A DNA stretch of 32,000 bases from Alkalilimnicola ehrlichii MLHE-1 (GTDB lineage: Bacteria; Pseudomonadota; Gammaproteobacteria; Nitrococcales; Halorhodospiraceae), in NCBI RefSeq assembly GCF_000014785.1, contig NC_008340.1, positions 750,001 through 782,000 on the forward strand, given 5' to 3'. Position numbers and translations under genes: made by a program. Positions 20,997 to 28,629 of the stretch are shown here, piece after piece; the stretch's first letter is position 1, and each line of letters opens with the position of its first letter. The notes below the pieces were generated by a model, which was given only the letters and a program-made list of their open reading frames with translations, did not search any database and was not told the DNA's origin.

Positions 20997-22373
20997 TCAC
21001 TGTTTGCCACCCTCCGGTTCGCCGTGGACCCGCTCCACCCGGCAGTCCAGCTGCCCCCGGTGTAACCGGACTCGGACGGCATCACCGGGTGCCACTTGGG
21101 TGCTGTCGCGCAGCACCGGCCCGTCAGCGCCCTGGCGGGCGATGGCGTAGCCGCGGGAGAGGGTGGCCAGCGGACTGACCGCATGCAACGCACGACCGAG
21201 CCCGGACAGCCGCTGCTCCCGGGCCTGTAGCTGCTGGCGTACGGCCGCATGCAGCCGTCGCTCCAACGCCAGGCGCTGTTCCTCGCGCCGGCGGATGGTG
21301 AGCCGCGGATCACCCTGGCGTAACCGGGCGCGCAAATGGTCCAGGGCCTGCGTGTGCCGGGCAAGGCGCTGCGCCATAGCATGGCGCAGGCGTTGGTCCA
21401 GCTCGTCCAGGCGCTGACTGCGGTCGCGCAGAAGCTGGCCCGGGTGCCGGGCCTGCAGCCGGCGGGCGAGGCCGTTCAGCCGATCACTGGCCCGCCGGTG
21501 GTGCTGGGTGGTCAGCTGCAGCAGTCGGTCCCGCAGACCCCGGACTTGGTGCAGCAGCGCCGGGCCGTCCGGCGAGATGAGTTCGGCGGCGGCCGACGGC
21601 GTGGGTGCGCGCTGGTCGGCCACCAGGTCGGAGATGGTGACATCCACCTCGTGCCCCACGGCACTGACCACCGGCAGGCCGCAGGCGTGGATGGCCCGCG
21701 CCACCACCTCCTCGTTGAAGGCCCATAGATCCTCCAGCGAGCCACCGCCCCGGGTGACCAGCACTACGTCCACGTCGCGACGGCGGTCGGCCTCTTCAAT
21801 GGCGGCGGCGATCTGTCCGCCGGCCCCCTCTCCCTGCACCGGCACCGGGTAGATCAGCACCGGCAGGGCCGGAAAGCGGCGCCGGAGCACCGTCAGCACG
21901 TCGCGGATGGCGGCCCCGGTGGGCGAGGTGATTACCCCCAACCGGCGGGGGAAGGCGGGAAGCGGCCGCTTGTGGGCCGGATCGAACAGCCCCTCCTGCT
22001 CCAGCCGGGCCTTCAGGGCCTCGAAGGCCCGCCGCAGGGCCCCCTCGCCGGCCTCCTCCATGTGGTCCACCACCAGCTGGAACTCGCCGCGGGCGGGGTA
22101 GAGCCCGGCGCGGGCCCTCACCAGCACCCGCTGACCGTCGCCGGGCTGGAAGCGCAGCAGCAGGTTGCGGTTGCGGAACATGGCGCAGCGCACCTGGGCG
22201 GCGCTGTCTTTGAGGGTGAAATAGAGATGGCCCGAGCGCGGCCGCGCCAGGTTGCTGATCTCGCCCTCCACCCAGAGCGGCGGCAGGGTCGTCTCCAGCA
22301 GGCTGCGGACCTCCTGGTTGAGCTGGCTGACGGTGTAGACCGTGCGCGGGGCCTGGGATGCGGTGGTAACCAT
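20997..22373 (-). CDS. xseA: Exodeoxyribonuclease VII large subunit
   Basis: 458 aa. The N-terminal OB-fold signature VYTVSQLNQEVRSLLE...LWVEGEISNLARPRSGHLYFTLKD is typical of XseA. A catalytic core and a long C-terminal coiled coil follow. Confidence 0.93.
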   Translation of the reverse strand: MVTTASQAPRTVYTVSQLNQEVRSLLETTLPPLWVEGEISNLARPRSGHLYFTLKDSAAQVRCAMFRNRNLLLRFQPGDGQRVLVRARAGLYPARGEFQLVVDHMEEAGEGALRRAFEALKARLEQEGLFDPAHKRPLPAFPRRLGVITSPTGAAIRDVLTVLRRRFPALPVLIYPVPVQGEGAGGQIAAAIEEADRRRDVDVVLVTRGGGSLEDLWAFNEEVVARAIHACGLPVVSAVGHEVDVTISDLVADQRAPTPSAAAELISPDGPALLHQVRGLRDRLLQLTTQHHRRASDRLNGLARRLQARHPGQLLRDRSQRLDELDQRLRHAMAQRLARHTQALDHLRARLRQGDPRLTIRRREEQRLALERRLHAAVRQQLQAREQRLSGLGRALHAVSPLATLSRGYAIARQGADGPVLRDSTQVAPGDAVRVRLHRGQLDCRVERVHGEPEGGKQ

Positions 22374-22474
22374 GGGGGGATGTTAGCCCGGATACTGGTG
22401 CCGACGGAACTCTTGGGCTTCAATTAGGGTACTGCTGGACAAAGCGTCATTCGCCATCGGGTGGCGAGCTACGT

Positions 22475-22770
22475 GTCACTGGGAGCCCCGCAGGGGCGCG
22501 GCAGTCCAGGGCGGCGTATGGATTGCCACGTCGCTGCGCTCCTCGCAATGACGGGGGTGGGCCCCCACCGTCACTGCGAGTCCCCGAAGGGGACGCGGCA
22601 GTCCAGGCGGCGTGTGGATTGCCACGTCGCTGCGCTCCTCGCAATGACGGGGGTGGCGCCCCCAATGTCACTGCGAGGAGCGTAGCGACGTGGCAGTCTA
22701 CCGCTCTGGATCGCCACGGGCCTTCGGCCCTCGCGATGACGGTGGGAATGGCTTCGGCCCTCGCGATGGC
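22475..22770. repeat. Array of ~33-nt hairpin-containing elements in alternating orientation (REP/MITE-like), organised as three ~95-bp tandem units
   Basis: Forward copies at 22475-22508, 22570-22604 and 22667-22698 (GTCACTGCGAG-[hairpin]-GCGGCAGTCC). Inverted copies at 22520-22552, 22616-22648 and 22708-22740 (GGATTGCCAC...CTCGCAATGAC). A partial copy lies at 22750-22770. Units 22475-22560 and 22570-22656 are near-identical. Confidence 0.85.
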
Positions 22771-22863
22771 GGTTTGTGAAGCACTAGGGCATAAGTTATA
22801 ACCTGGAGACAGTGCGCCCCAGGGCGGGATGCTCCAGTCTGTCGAGTCAAGCGAGGATTAGCC

Positions 22864-23757
22864 ATGTTTGAAACCACGCTGGGCGCTGCCCTGGCGGGCC
22901 TGCCCCTTGTGCTGGTGATGATGGTCGCCATCTGGCTGGACACCCTTACCCATGACGATGTCAGCCTGGTGGACCGCTTCTGGGGCGCGGGCTTTGTGCT
23001 GTTGGGGCTGTTCTGGTACCTGGAGGCGGCGGCCCCGGCGGGCGCCTGGCTGCCGCTGCTGATGGCGGTCCTGTGGGCGGTGCGCTACACGGTCTACGTC
23101 ACCTGGCGCAACTGGGGCACCGGAGAGGACCCCCGTTACGCCGCCATGCGGAACTACCATGGCGAGGCCTTCCGCTGGCTCAGCCTGCGCAACGTCTTTC
23201 TGCTGCAGGGGGCGATCCTCTGGGTGGTGGCGCTGCCGCTGGTGGTCGCCCTGCGCGACCCGGCACCGCTGACCAGCGTGCTGCTCTGGCTCGGTGTACT
23301 GGTCTGGCTGGTGGGGCTGGTCTACGAGACCGTGGCGGACTGGCAGCTGGCGCGGTTCCGCAGCGAGTCCGGCGGGGTGGGGGTGTGTGACCAGGGCCTG
23401 TGGCGTTATAGCCGCCACCCCAACTACTTTGGCGAATGCCTGGTCTGGTGGGGCCTCTTCCTGGTGGCGCTGGCCGCCGGCGGTTGGTGGACGGTGGTCT
23501 CGCCGGTACTCATGACCTGGCTCCTGCTGCGCTTTTCCGGGGTGCCCCTGCTGGAGGAGCGGCTGCAGGCCACCCGTGAGGGCTATCGCGACTACATGGC
23601 GCGCACCAACGCCTTCATCCCCGGGCCGCCCAAGCGTGGCGCGGCCCGGCCGGATGACGGCCCGGAGCCCCCGCTGGCGGGGCAGACCGCCGGGGCTCAG
23701 TCGGCCGGTGCCGGTGGGTCCGGGTCCTCATCCCAGCCCTCCTCCGGGGCCGGATAG
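22864..23757 (+). CDS. DUF1295 / steroid-5-alpha-reductase-like polytopic membrane protein with a low-complexity C-terminal tail
   Basis: 297 aa with multiple TM helices. Family signature GLWRYSRHPNYFGECLVWWGLF. GAGGA Shine-Dalgarno 6 nt upstream of the ATG. The last ~45 aa are P/G/S/A-rich. Confidence 0.8.
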   Translation: MFETTLGAALAGLPLVLVMMVAIWLDTLTHDDVSLVDRFWGAGFVLLGLFWYLEAAAPAGAWLPLLMAVLWAVRYTVYVTWRNWGTGEDPRYAAMRNYHGEAFRWLSLRNVFLLQGAILWVVALPLVVALRDPAPLTSVLLWLGVLVWLVGLVYETVADWQLARFRSESGGVGVCDQGLWRYSRHPNYFGECLVWWGLFLVALAAGGWWTVVSPVLMTWLLLRFSGVPLLEERLQATREGYRDYMARTNAFIPGPPKRGAARPDDGPEPPLAGQTAGAQSAGAGGSGSSSQPSSGAG

Positions 23758-24209
23758 CGTTTGAGCCACTCCTCGATGAGCTCGGCGTGCTCCGCCTCCT
23801 CGGCCGTGAACTCCTCGGCCAGGGCCCGCACCTCGTCGTTTCGGGTGCTGCGGGCCACTTGGCCGTAGAAGTCGCGGGCCCCGGTCTCGGCGGCCAGCGC
23901 CAGCTTGAGGGCGTGGTGCACGGTCATCAGGTAGTGGCTCTGGTCCAGCTCCCCCGACTCGGGGCTTTCCTCGCCCGGCCACTGGAACTCCCACGGTTTG
24001 AGGTCGGGCAGGCCGCCGGCGTGTTTCTCAGCGTGCTCGGTGGCCTCCTGCAGGTGCAGCCGAGAGTAGCCCGCCATGCGCCGGAACAGCTCGCACACCT
24101 CCGGGTTGTTGTGGGTCTCCATGGCGTCAGCCAGCTCGTCGTAGCGTTCCGCTGCGTCATTCTCCAGTACCACGGCGTGGGCCAGAAAGGTGCGTACCGT
24201 ATCCATCAT
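23697..24209 (-). CDS. Ferritin-like / rubrerythrin-type four-helix-bundle protein
   Basis: 170 aa. Glu-rich helices (LENDAAERYDELADAME; LHLQEATEHAEKH; LAAETGARDFY; EEFTAEEAEHAELIEEW, which contains an ExxH). Its ATG overlaps the korB stop (ATGA). The first-half ExxH is not canonical, so the diiron assignment is tentative. Confidence 0.6.
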   Translation of the reverse strand: MMDTVRTFLAHAVVLENDAAERYDELADAMETHNNPEVCELFRRMAGYSRLHLQEATEHAEKHAGGLPDLKPWEFQWPGEESPESGELDQSHYLMTVHHALKLALAAETGARDFYGQVARSTRNDEVRALAEEFTAEEAEHAELIEEWLKRYPAPEEGWDEDPDPPAPAD

Positions 24210-25051
24210 GCCACCCTGAATTGCTGTTCGATGGTGTCCAGGTCGGCGGCCTTCGCCTGTTCCGGCCGGAATGCCGGCCTGTCGGCCCGGTAGAGTACCC
24301 CGGTGGTGAAGCCGTCATCGTCCATCAGCTGCAGGAAGGCCTCGCGGCGGTCGCCGGTCGCTTCGAAGTCGGGGTGAACAATCTTCTTGTAATCCTTCTG
24401 CTCCGGCCGGTAGGTCACGCAGGGGCTCAACACCTGGATGAAGGCGAAGCCGGGGAACTGGAGCGCCTCGCTGATCAGTTTCGCCAGGCCGTTGGGATTG
24501 CCGGAGAAACAGCGGGCGATATAGGGGGCACCCGCCGACAGGGCGATCTCCAGCGGTTGGAACTGGGCCAGCCCGGGGCCCTCCGGAGTGAGCTGGCTGC
24601 CGGTCCAGTCGGGCTCGGTGGTGGGCGAGGCCTGCCCCTTGGTCATGCCATAGACGGCGTTGTCCATGACCAGGTAGGTCATATTGACGTTGCGCCGGCA
24701 GGCGTGCAGGAAGTGGTTGCCGCCGATAGAGAAGCCGTCGCCGTCACCGCCGGCGGCCAGCACCGTCAGGTCCGGGCGACTGACTGCCAGCCCCGTGGCC
24801 ACCGGCAGCGCGCGGCCGTGCACGCCGTGAAAGCCGTAGACGCTGGAGTAGGCCGGTATGCGCGATGAGCAGCCGATCCCGGAGACGAAGGCCACCTGCT
24901 CGCGGGGCAGGGCGAGGGCCGCCAGCGCCTTGGTGATGGCGTTAAGCACGCCGAAGTCGCCGCAGCCCGGGCACCAGACCGGTTTGATGTCCGATTTATA
25001 GTCCTTGGCCTTGAGGACCGAGGGTCTCGCGTGGTCTGCACAGGTGCTCAT
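24206..25051 (-). CDS. korB: 2-oxoacid (2-oxoglutarate-type):ferredoxin oxidoreductase beta subunit, TPP-binding
   Basis: 281 aa. N-terminal WCPGCGDFG, TPP motif GGDGDGFSIGGNHFLHACRRNVNMTYLVMDNAVYGMTKGQ. ATGA overlap with the korA stop. Confidence 0.9.
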   Translation of the reverse strand: MSTCADHARPSVLKAKDYKSDIKPVWCPGCGDFGVLNAITKALAALALPREQVAFVSGIGCSSRIPAYSSVYGFHGVHGRALPVATGLAVSRPDLTVLAAGGDGDGFSIGGNHFLHACRRNVNMTYLVMDNAVYGMTKGQASPTTEPDWTGSQLTPEGPGLAQFQPLEIALSAGAPYIARCFSGNPNGLAKLISEALQFPGFAFIQVLSPCVTYRPEQKDYKKIVHPDFEATGDRREAFLQLMDDDGFTTGVLYRADRPAFRPEQAKAADLDTIEQQFRVA

Positions 25052-26778
25052 GCCGCCTCCTGTTGCGCCAGTTGGCGCAGCTGTTCCAGAACCTCACCCG
25101 GCCGGATGGGCAGCGGCCCGGGGTGGTGAAAGGCCCGGACGGTGCCGGGCAGGTCGTAGTGGGCGCGCAGGTAGCGGTGGAACTGGCCGTCGTGGCTCTG
25201 CTCCACCACCAGCAGCCGGCTGACGCCGTCCAGGGCCGCGGCCAGGGCCTCGGGCTGCGCCGGTGAGAGTAGCCGGACGGAGACCATCCGGGCCGTAATG
25301 CCCTCGGCCTGTGCCCGCTCCAGCGCCTCGCGGACGGGGCTGGTGCTGGAGCCCCAGGTGATCACCGCCAGCTCGCCGTCGCCCTCGATGTCGGCCCAAT
25401 AGGCACCGTAGTCGTGGCCGGTGAGCTTGCGCAGCCGCTTGTCCAACTGCGCCTGGTGGTGGGAGGCCTGGGTGGAGGGGGTGCCGCGCTCGGCGTGCTC
25501 CAGCCCGTCGGCGGTGTACTCGCCGCAGGGGGTGCCTGGAATGGCCATGGGTGAGACCCCATCCTCGGTGATGGCGTAGCGAAGGTAGCCCTCGCCCGGC
25601 CGGTCGGCCGTCTTGCGCTGGGCCCGATAATCCACCCGCTGCGGACGGTCGATGACTGCGCGCGCCTGGCCCAGGGCCTGGTCGCTGAGCACGATGGCCG
25701 GGCTCTGCAGGGCCTCGGCCAGGTGTACGGCCCACTGGGTGGCGGCCAGGCAGTCGGCGATGCCGTTGGCGGCGACCACCAGGTGCGGGGCGTCGCCATG
25801 CAGGCCGTAGAGGGCGATGTTCAGGTCGGCCTGCTCGGACTTGGTCGGGATGCCGGTGGAGGGGCCGCCCCGCATCACGTTGACCACCACCACCGGCGTC
25901 TCCGAGGCCACCGCGAGACCCAGCGATTCCACCATCAGCGACAGCCCCGGGCCCGAGGTGGCGGTGAGCGCGGGAGTGCCGCCGAAACTGGCCCCGATAC
26001 ACATATTGATGGCGGAGAGTTCGTCCTCCGCCTGCACCAGGCAGCCGCCCACCCGGGGCAGGGTCGGGGCCAGCCACTCGACGACGTCGGTGGAGGGGGT
26101 GATGGGGTAGGCCGCGCTGAAGCGCACCCCGCCGCGCACCGCCCCCATGCCGGCGGCCTCGTTGCCGGACAGCGCCCACCGCTCTCCCTGCGCTGTGCCG
26201 TTCGACGCCAGGCGCAGGTCCACACCCACCGTGTCCGCCTGCGCCCGGCCGGCGCTCAGGCAAGCCTGTGCCGTTGCCAGCGCTTCCTCGCCCTTGCGGC
26301 CCAACACCTTCTGCAGGGTGCGGAGCAGGGCCTCCTCGGGTAGCCCGATCAGTTCGGCCACCAGGCCCAGGCCCACCATGTTCGCCCGGCCGCCCTTGAC
26401 GCCTTTGGTGACCTCCTTGATGGGGATCATGGACTGGCTGGCGCCGGTGCGCACCACCACCTCCGGGACGTCGCCCTGGGAGGGGTCGGCGATGACCACG
26501 CTGTCGCCGCCCAGGGGCAGTTCGGCGATAAAGCGCTCGATGTTGCCCCAGTCGAAGGCGAGTAAGAGATCCAGTTGGTCGTCCTGGCATCCCACCGGCT
26601 GGTGGGCCAGGCGCAGGATTGCCGCCGCCTCGCCGCCGCGGATCTGCGGGCCGAAGGAGCGGGTCATCAACCCGTACCAGCCGGCCTGCGCCGCCGCGTC
26701 CAGCAGGATCTGCCCGGCGGTCATGACCCCCGTACCGCCGCTGCCGGTGAGTGCCAGGGAGAGGGAGTGTGTTTTCAT
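25048..26778 (-). CDS. korA: 2-oxoacid (2-oxoglutarate-type):ferredoxin oxidoreductase alpha subunit (fused gamma+alpha domains)
   Basis: 576 aa. N-terminal gamma-like domain (ALTGSGGTGVMTAGQIL) followed by the alpha pyrimidine-binding domain (AAYPITPSTD..., GASFGG.PALTATSGPGLSLM). GGAGA Shine-Dalgarno upstream. Confidence 0.9.
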   Translation of the reverse strand: MKTHSLSLALTGSGGTGVMTAGQILLDAAAQAGWYGLMTRSFGPQIRGGEAAAILRLAHQPVGCQDDQLDLLLAFDWGNIERFIAELPLGGDSVVIADPSQGDVPEVVVRTGASQSMIPIKEVTKGVKGGRANMVGLGLVAELIGLPEEALLRTLQKVLGRKGEEALATAQACLSAGRAQADTVGVDLRLASNGTAQGERWALSGNEAAGMGAVRGGVRFSAAYPITPSTDVVEWLAPTLPRVGGCLVQAEDELSAINMCIGASFGGTPALTATSGPGLSLMVESLGLAVASETPVVVVNVMRGGPSTGIPTKSEQADLNIALYGLHGDAPHLVVAANGIADCLAATQWAVHLAEALQSPAIVLSDQALGQARAVIDRPQRVDYRAQRKTADRPGEGYLRYAITEDGVSPMAIPGTPCGEYTADGLEHAERGTPSTQASHHQAQLDKRLRKLTGHDYGAYWADIEGDGELAVITWGSSTSPVREALERAQAEGITARMVSVRLLSPAQPEALAAALDGVSRLLVVEQSHDGQFHRYLRAHYDLPGTVRAFHHPGPLPIRPGEVLEQLRQLAQQEAA

Positions 26779-26821
26779 CGGGTGAGCGTCTCCGCTTACG
26801 CGTTATAAGAATTCACGTTTC

Positions 26822-26830
26822 ATTATGCCA
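26822..26830 (-). promoter_or_regulatory. Candidate extended -10 element (TGgCATAAT on the - strand) upstream of korA
   Basis: The reverse complement of 26822-26830 is TGGCATAAT, about 44 nt upstream of the korA ATG in an AT-rich patch. No clear -35. Confidence 0.25.
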
Positions 26831-26889
26831 GAGGTGTCAGGGTGACGACGCTGATCTGGCGCAAAGAACCGCTGCTGGGCGCGTTCGAG

Positions 26890-26911
26890 CGGCAGGGCCT
26901 TGCCGTTTTTT
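26890..26911 (+). terminator. Terminator-like hairpin plus T6 on the + strand with no upstream + strand gene
   Basis: CGGCA (26890-26894), loop gggcct, TGCCG (26901-26905), then TTTTTT (26906-26911). The stem is short at 5 bp. Confidence 0.3.
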
Positions 26912-26961
26912 CGGCCGGGTCGGTTCGTGCTTGCCGCTTTCTGCCGAAAAACCACCCCCAA

Positions 26962-26988
26962 TCAAGCACTCCCGCGCCCGGTCGTTAG
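26962..26988 (+). promoter_or_regulatory. Weak sigma28 (FliA)-like promoter candidate for flagellin 1
   Basis: TCAA-N15-GTCGTTAG compared with the consensus TAAA-N15-GCCGATAA (3/4 and 5/8 matches). An alternative -10-like GCCGCAAT at 27049-27056 has no -35 partner. Confidence 0.25.
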
Positions 26989-27078
26989 CCTGAGTGCACG
27001 GAGGTCGGGCCGGCTGGCATGGGCCCGTCACTGACAACAAGCGGCACAGCCGCAATCGATGCTTGAGGGGTGAACGTC

Positions 27079-28545
27079 ATGGCACAGGTCATCAACACCA
27101 ACATCGCTTCCCTGAACGCCCAGCGCAATCTCAACGCCAGTCAGGGCCAGTTGGGCGTGGCCCTGGAGCGGCTGAGCTCGGGACTGCGGATCAACAGCGC
27201 CAAGGACGACGCGGCGGGGCTGGCCATCAGCAGCCGCTTTACATCGCAGATCAACGGCCTGGACCAGGCCGTGCGGAATGCCAACGACGGCATCTCCTTT
27301 GCCCAGACCGCGGAGGGGGCACTGGACGAGAGCACCAACCTGCTGCAGCGGATCCGCGAGCTGGCGGTGCAGGCGTCCAATGACACCAACTCCGCCTCCG
27401 ATCGCGATGCCCTGGACCAGGAGGTGCAGCAGGCCATCCGCGAGATCAGCCGCATTGCCGCCTCCACCCAGTTCAACAACCAGAACATCCTGGACGGCTC
27501 GCTCAGCGACCTGATCTTCCAGGTGGGCGCCAACCGGGGGCAGATCATCTCGGTGGACGGGGTGGATGCCCGGGCCCAGTCGCTGGGGGCGCAGGTGGCA
27601 GACTCCGGTGCGGTGGCCACCAACACCTTGTCCGAGGGTGGAGAGCTCTCCATTGCCGGGGTGACCATCGATATGGATGGTGCCGAGAACATCAGCGATG
27701 TGATCAGCCGAATCAACGACAACTTCTCCGAGACGGGGGTGCAGGCCTTCCAGACCTCCGGTGGGTCCATCGTTGCGGAAACGGGGCTAAGTGAGGATGA
27801 GATCTCGTTTACCGCGGATCCCGACCCGGTGCAGCTGATGACCATCAATGGGGTCAATGTCTTCTCGGAGGCCGGGGCGGGCATCGACAATCCGCAGGCG
27901 TTGGCGGAGCGGATCAATGCCTATACGCCGTTGACCGGCGTGTCGGCGGTGGACGTGGACGGGGAACTCGTCCTTGAGAGCCAGGCGGATCAGGAGTCGA
28001 TCCGGGTTACGGATGTCAATGCCGACCTGTTTGAGGCAACCACCACGGATTTCGGTGAGGAAACCGTCTTTTTCGATGAGAATGACGACCTCCGGACCGA
28101 GTTGACCTTCGAGCGTGGCTTCGACCTACGGGTGCCCCTGGAGGCCGACCCTCCGGTGATTGCCGATGACAGCGATGGGGATCTCCTTCAGCGCCTGGGT
28201 CTGGTCGGTGGCGCCGATCGCTTCGAGACCTTCAGCGCGGACACCGTCAGTGTCGCCACCCGCGGCGAGGCGCAGGACGCCATCCGCACGGTGGACATCG
28301 CCCTGCAGGAGATCAACGGCATCCGCGCCGACCTGGGTGCGGTACAGAACCGCTTCGAGGCCACCACCGCCAACCTGACCATCACCTCGGAGAACCTCAG
28401 CGCCTCGCGCAGCCGCATCATGGATGCCGACTTCGCCGCCGAGACCGCCGCACTGACCCGCGGCCAGATCCTGCAGCAGGCCGGTACCTCGGTGCTGGCG
28501 CAGGCCAACCAGCTACCCAACAACGTCCTCAACCTGCTGCAGTAA
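27079..28545 (+). CDS. fliC: Flagellin (paralogue 1)
   Basis: N-terminal D0/D1 [19 protein letters not shown]...[24 protein letters not shown]-terminal D1/D0 ...IRADLGAVQNRFE...SRIMDADFAAETAALTRGQILQQAGTSVLAQANQLPNNVLNLLQ. The central domain is acidic and Ser/Thr-rich. The ATG at 27079 (GAGGGG upstream) is preferred over the GTG at 27070. Confidence 0.96.
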   Translation: MAQVINTNIASLNAQRNLNASQGQLGVALERLSSGLRINSAKDDAAGLAISSRFTSQINGLDQAVRNANDGISFAQTAEGALDESTNLLQRIRELAVQASNDTNSASDRDALDQEVQQAIREISRIAASTQFNNQNILDGSLSDLIFQVGANRGQIISVDGVDARAQSLGAQVADSGAVATNTLSEGGELSIAGVTIDMDGAENISDVISRINDNFSETGVQAFQTSGGSIVAETGLSEDEISFTADPDPVQLMTINGVNVFSEAGAGIDNPQALAERINAYTPLTGVSAVDVDGELVLESQADQESIRVTDVNADLFEATTTDFGEETVFFDENDDLRTELTFERGFDLRVPLEADPPVIADDSDGDLLQRLGLVGGADRFETFSADTVSVATRGEAQDAIRTVDIALQEINGIRADLGAVQNRFEATTANLTITSENLSASRSRIMDADFAAETAALTRGQILQQAGTSVLAQANQLPNNVLNLLQ

Positions 28546-28580
28546 ACCAACGCCAGACCGAACCTCAAGCGGCAGTACTT

Positions 28581-28614
28581 GGCCCGGGTGGCATACGCCT
28601 CCCCGGGCCTTTTC
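28581..28614 (+). terminator. Rho-independent terminator of flagellin 1
   Basis: GGCCCGGG (28581-28588), 13-nt loop, CCCGGGCC (28602-28609), then TTTTC. Located 36 nt after the stop codon. Confidence 0.75.
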
Positions 28615-28629
28615 TGATGTTGCCGGTGG

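Noticed and set aside
22475-22770. Possible CRISPR array (repeated ~33-nt units with regular spacing)
   Set aside because: The copies alternate in orientation. The intervening segments are themselves repeated rather than unique spacers. There are only 2-3 units per orientation, and no cas genes or leader are nearby. It fits a REP/MITE-like palindromic element instead.
26859-26870. c-di-GMP-I (GEMM) riboswitch upstream of flagellin 1, suggested by GCGCAAAGAACC
   Set aside because: There is only a short resemblance to the ACGCAAAGCC segment. The paired CAGGGCAAAC half, the tetraloop/receptor and the P1 helix are not present.
26922-26934. Sigma54-type -24/-12 promoter (GG-N-TTGC) upstream of flagellin 1
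   Set aside because: The GG-to-GC spacing is one nucleotide short of the TGGCAC-N5-TTGC geometry, and the flanking bases do not match. A second candidate, TGGCATgggcccgTC at 27015, lacks the TTGC.
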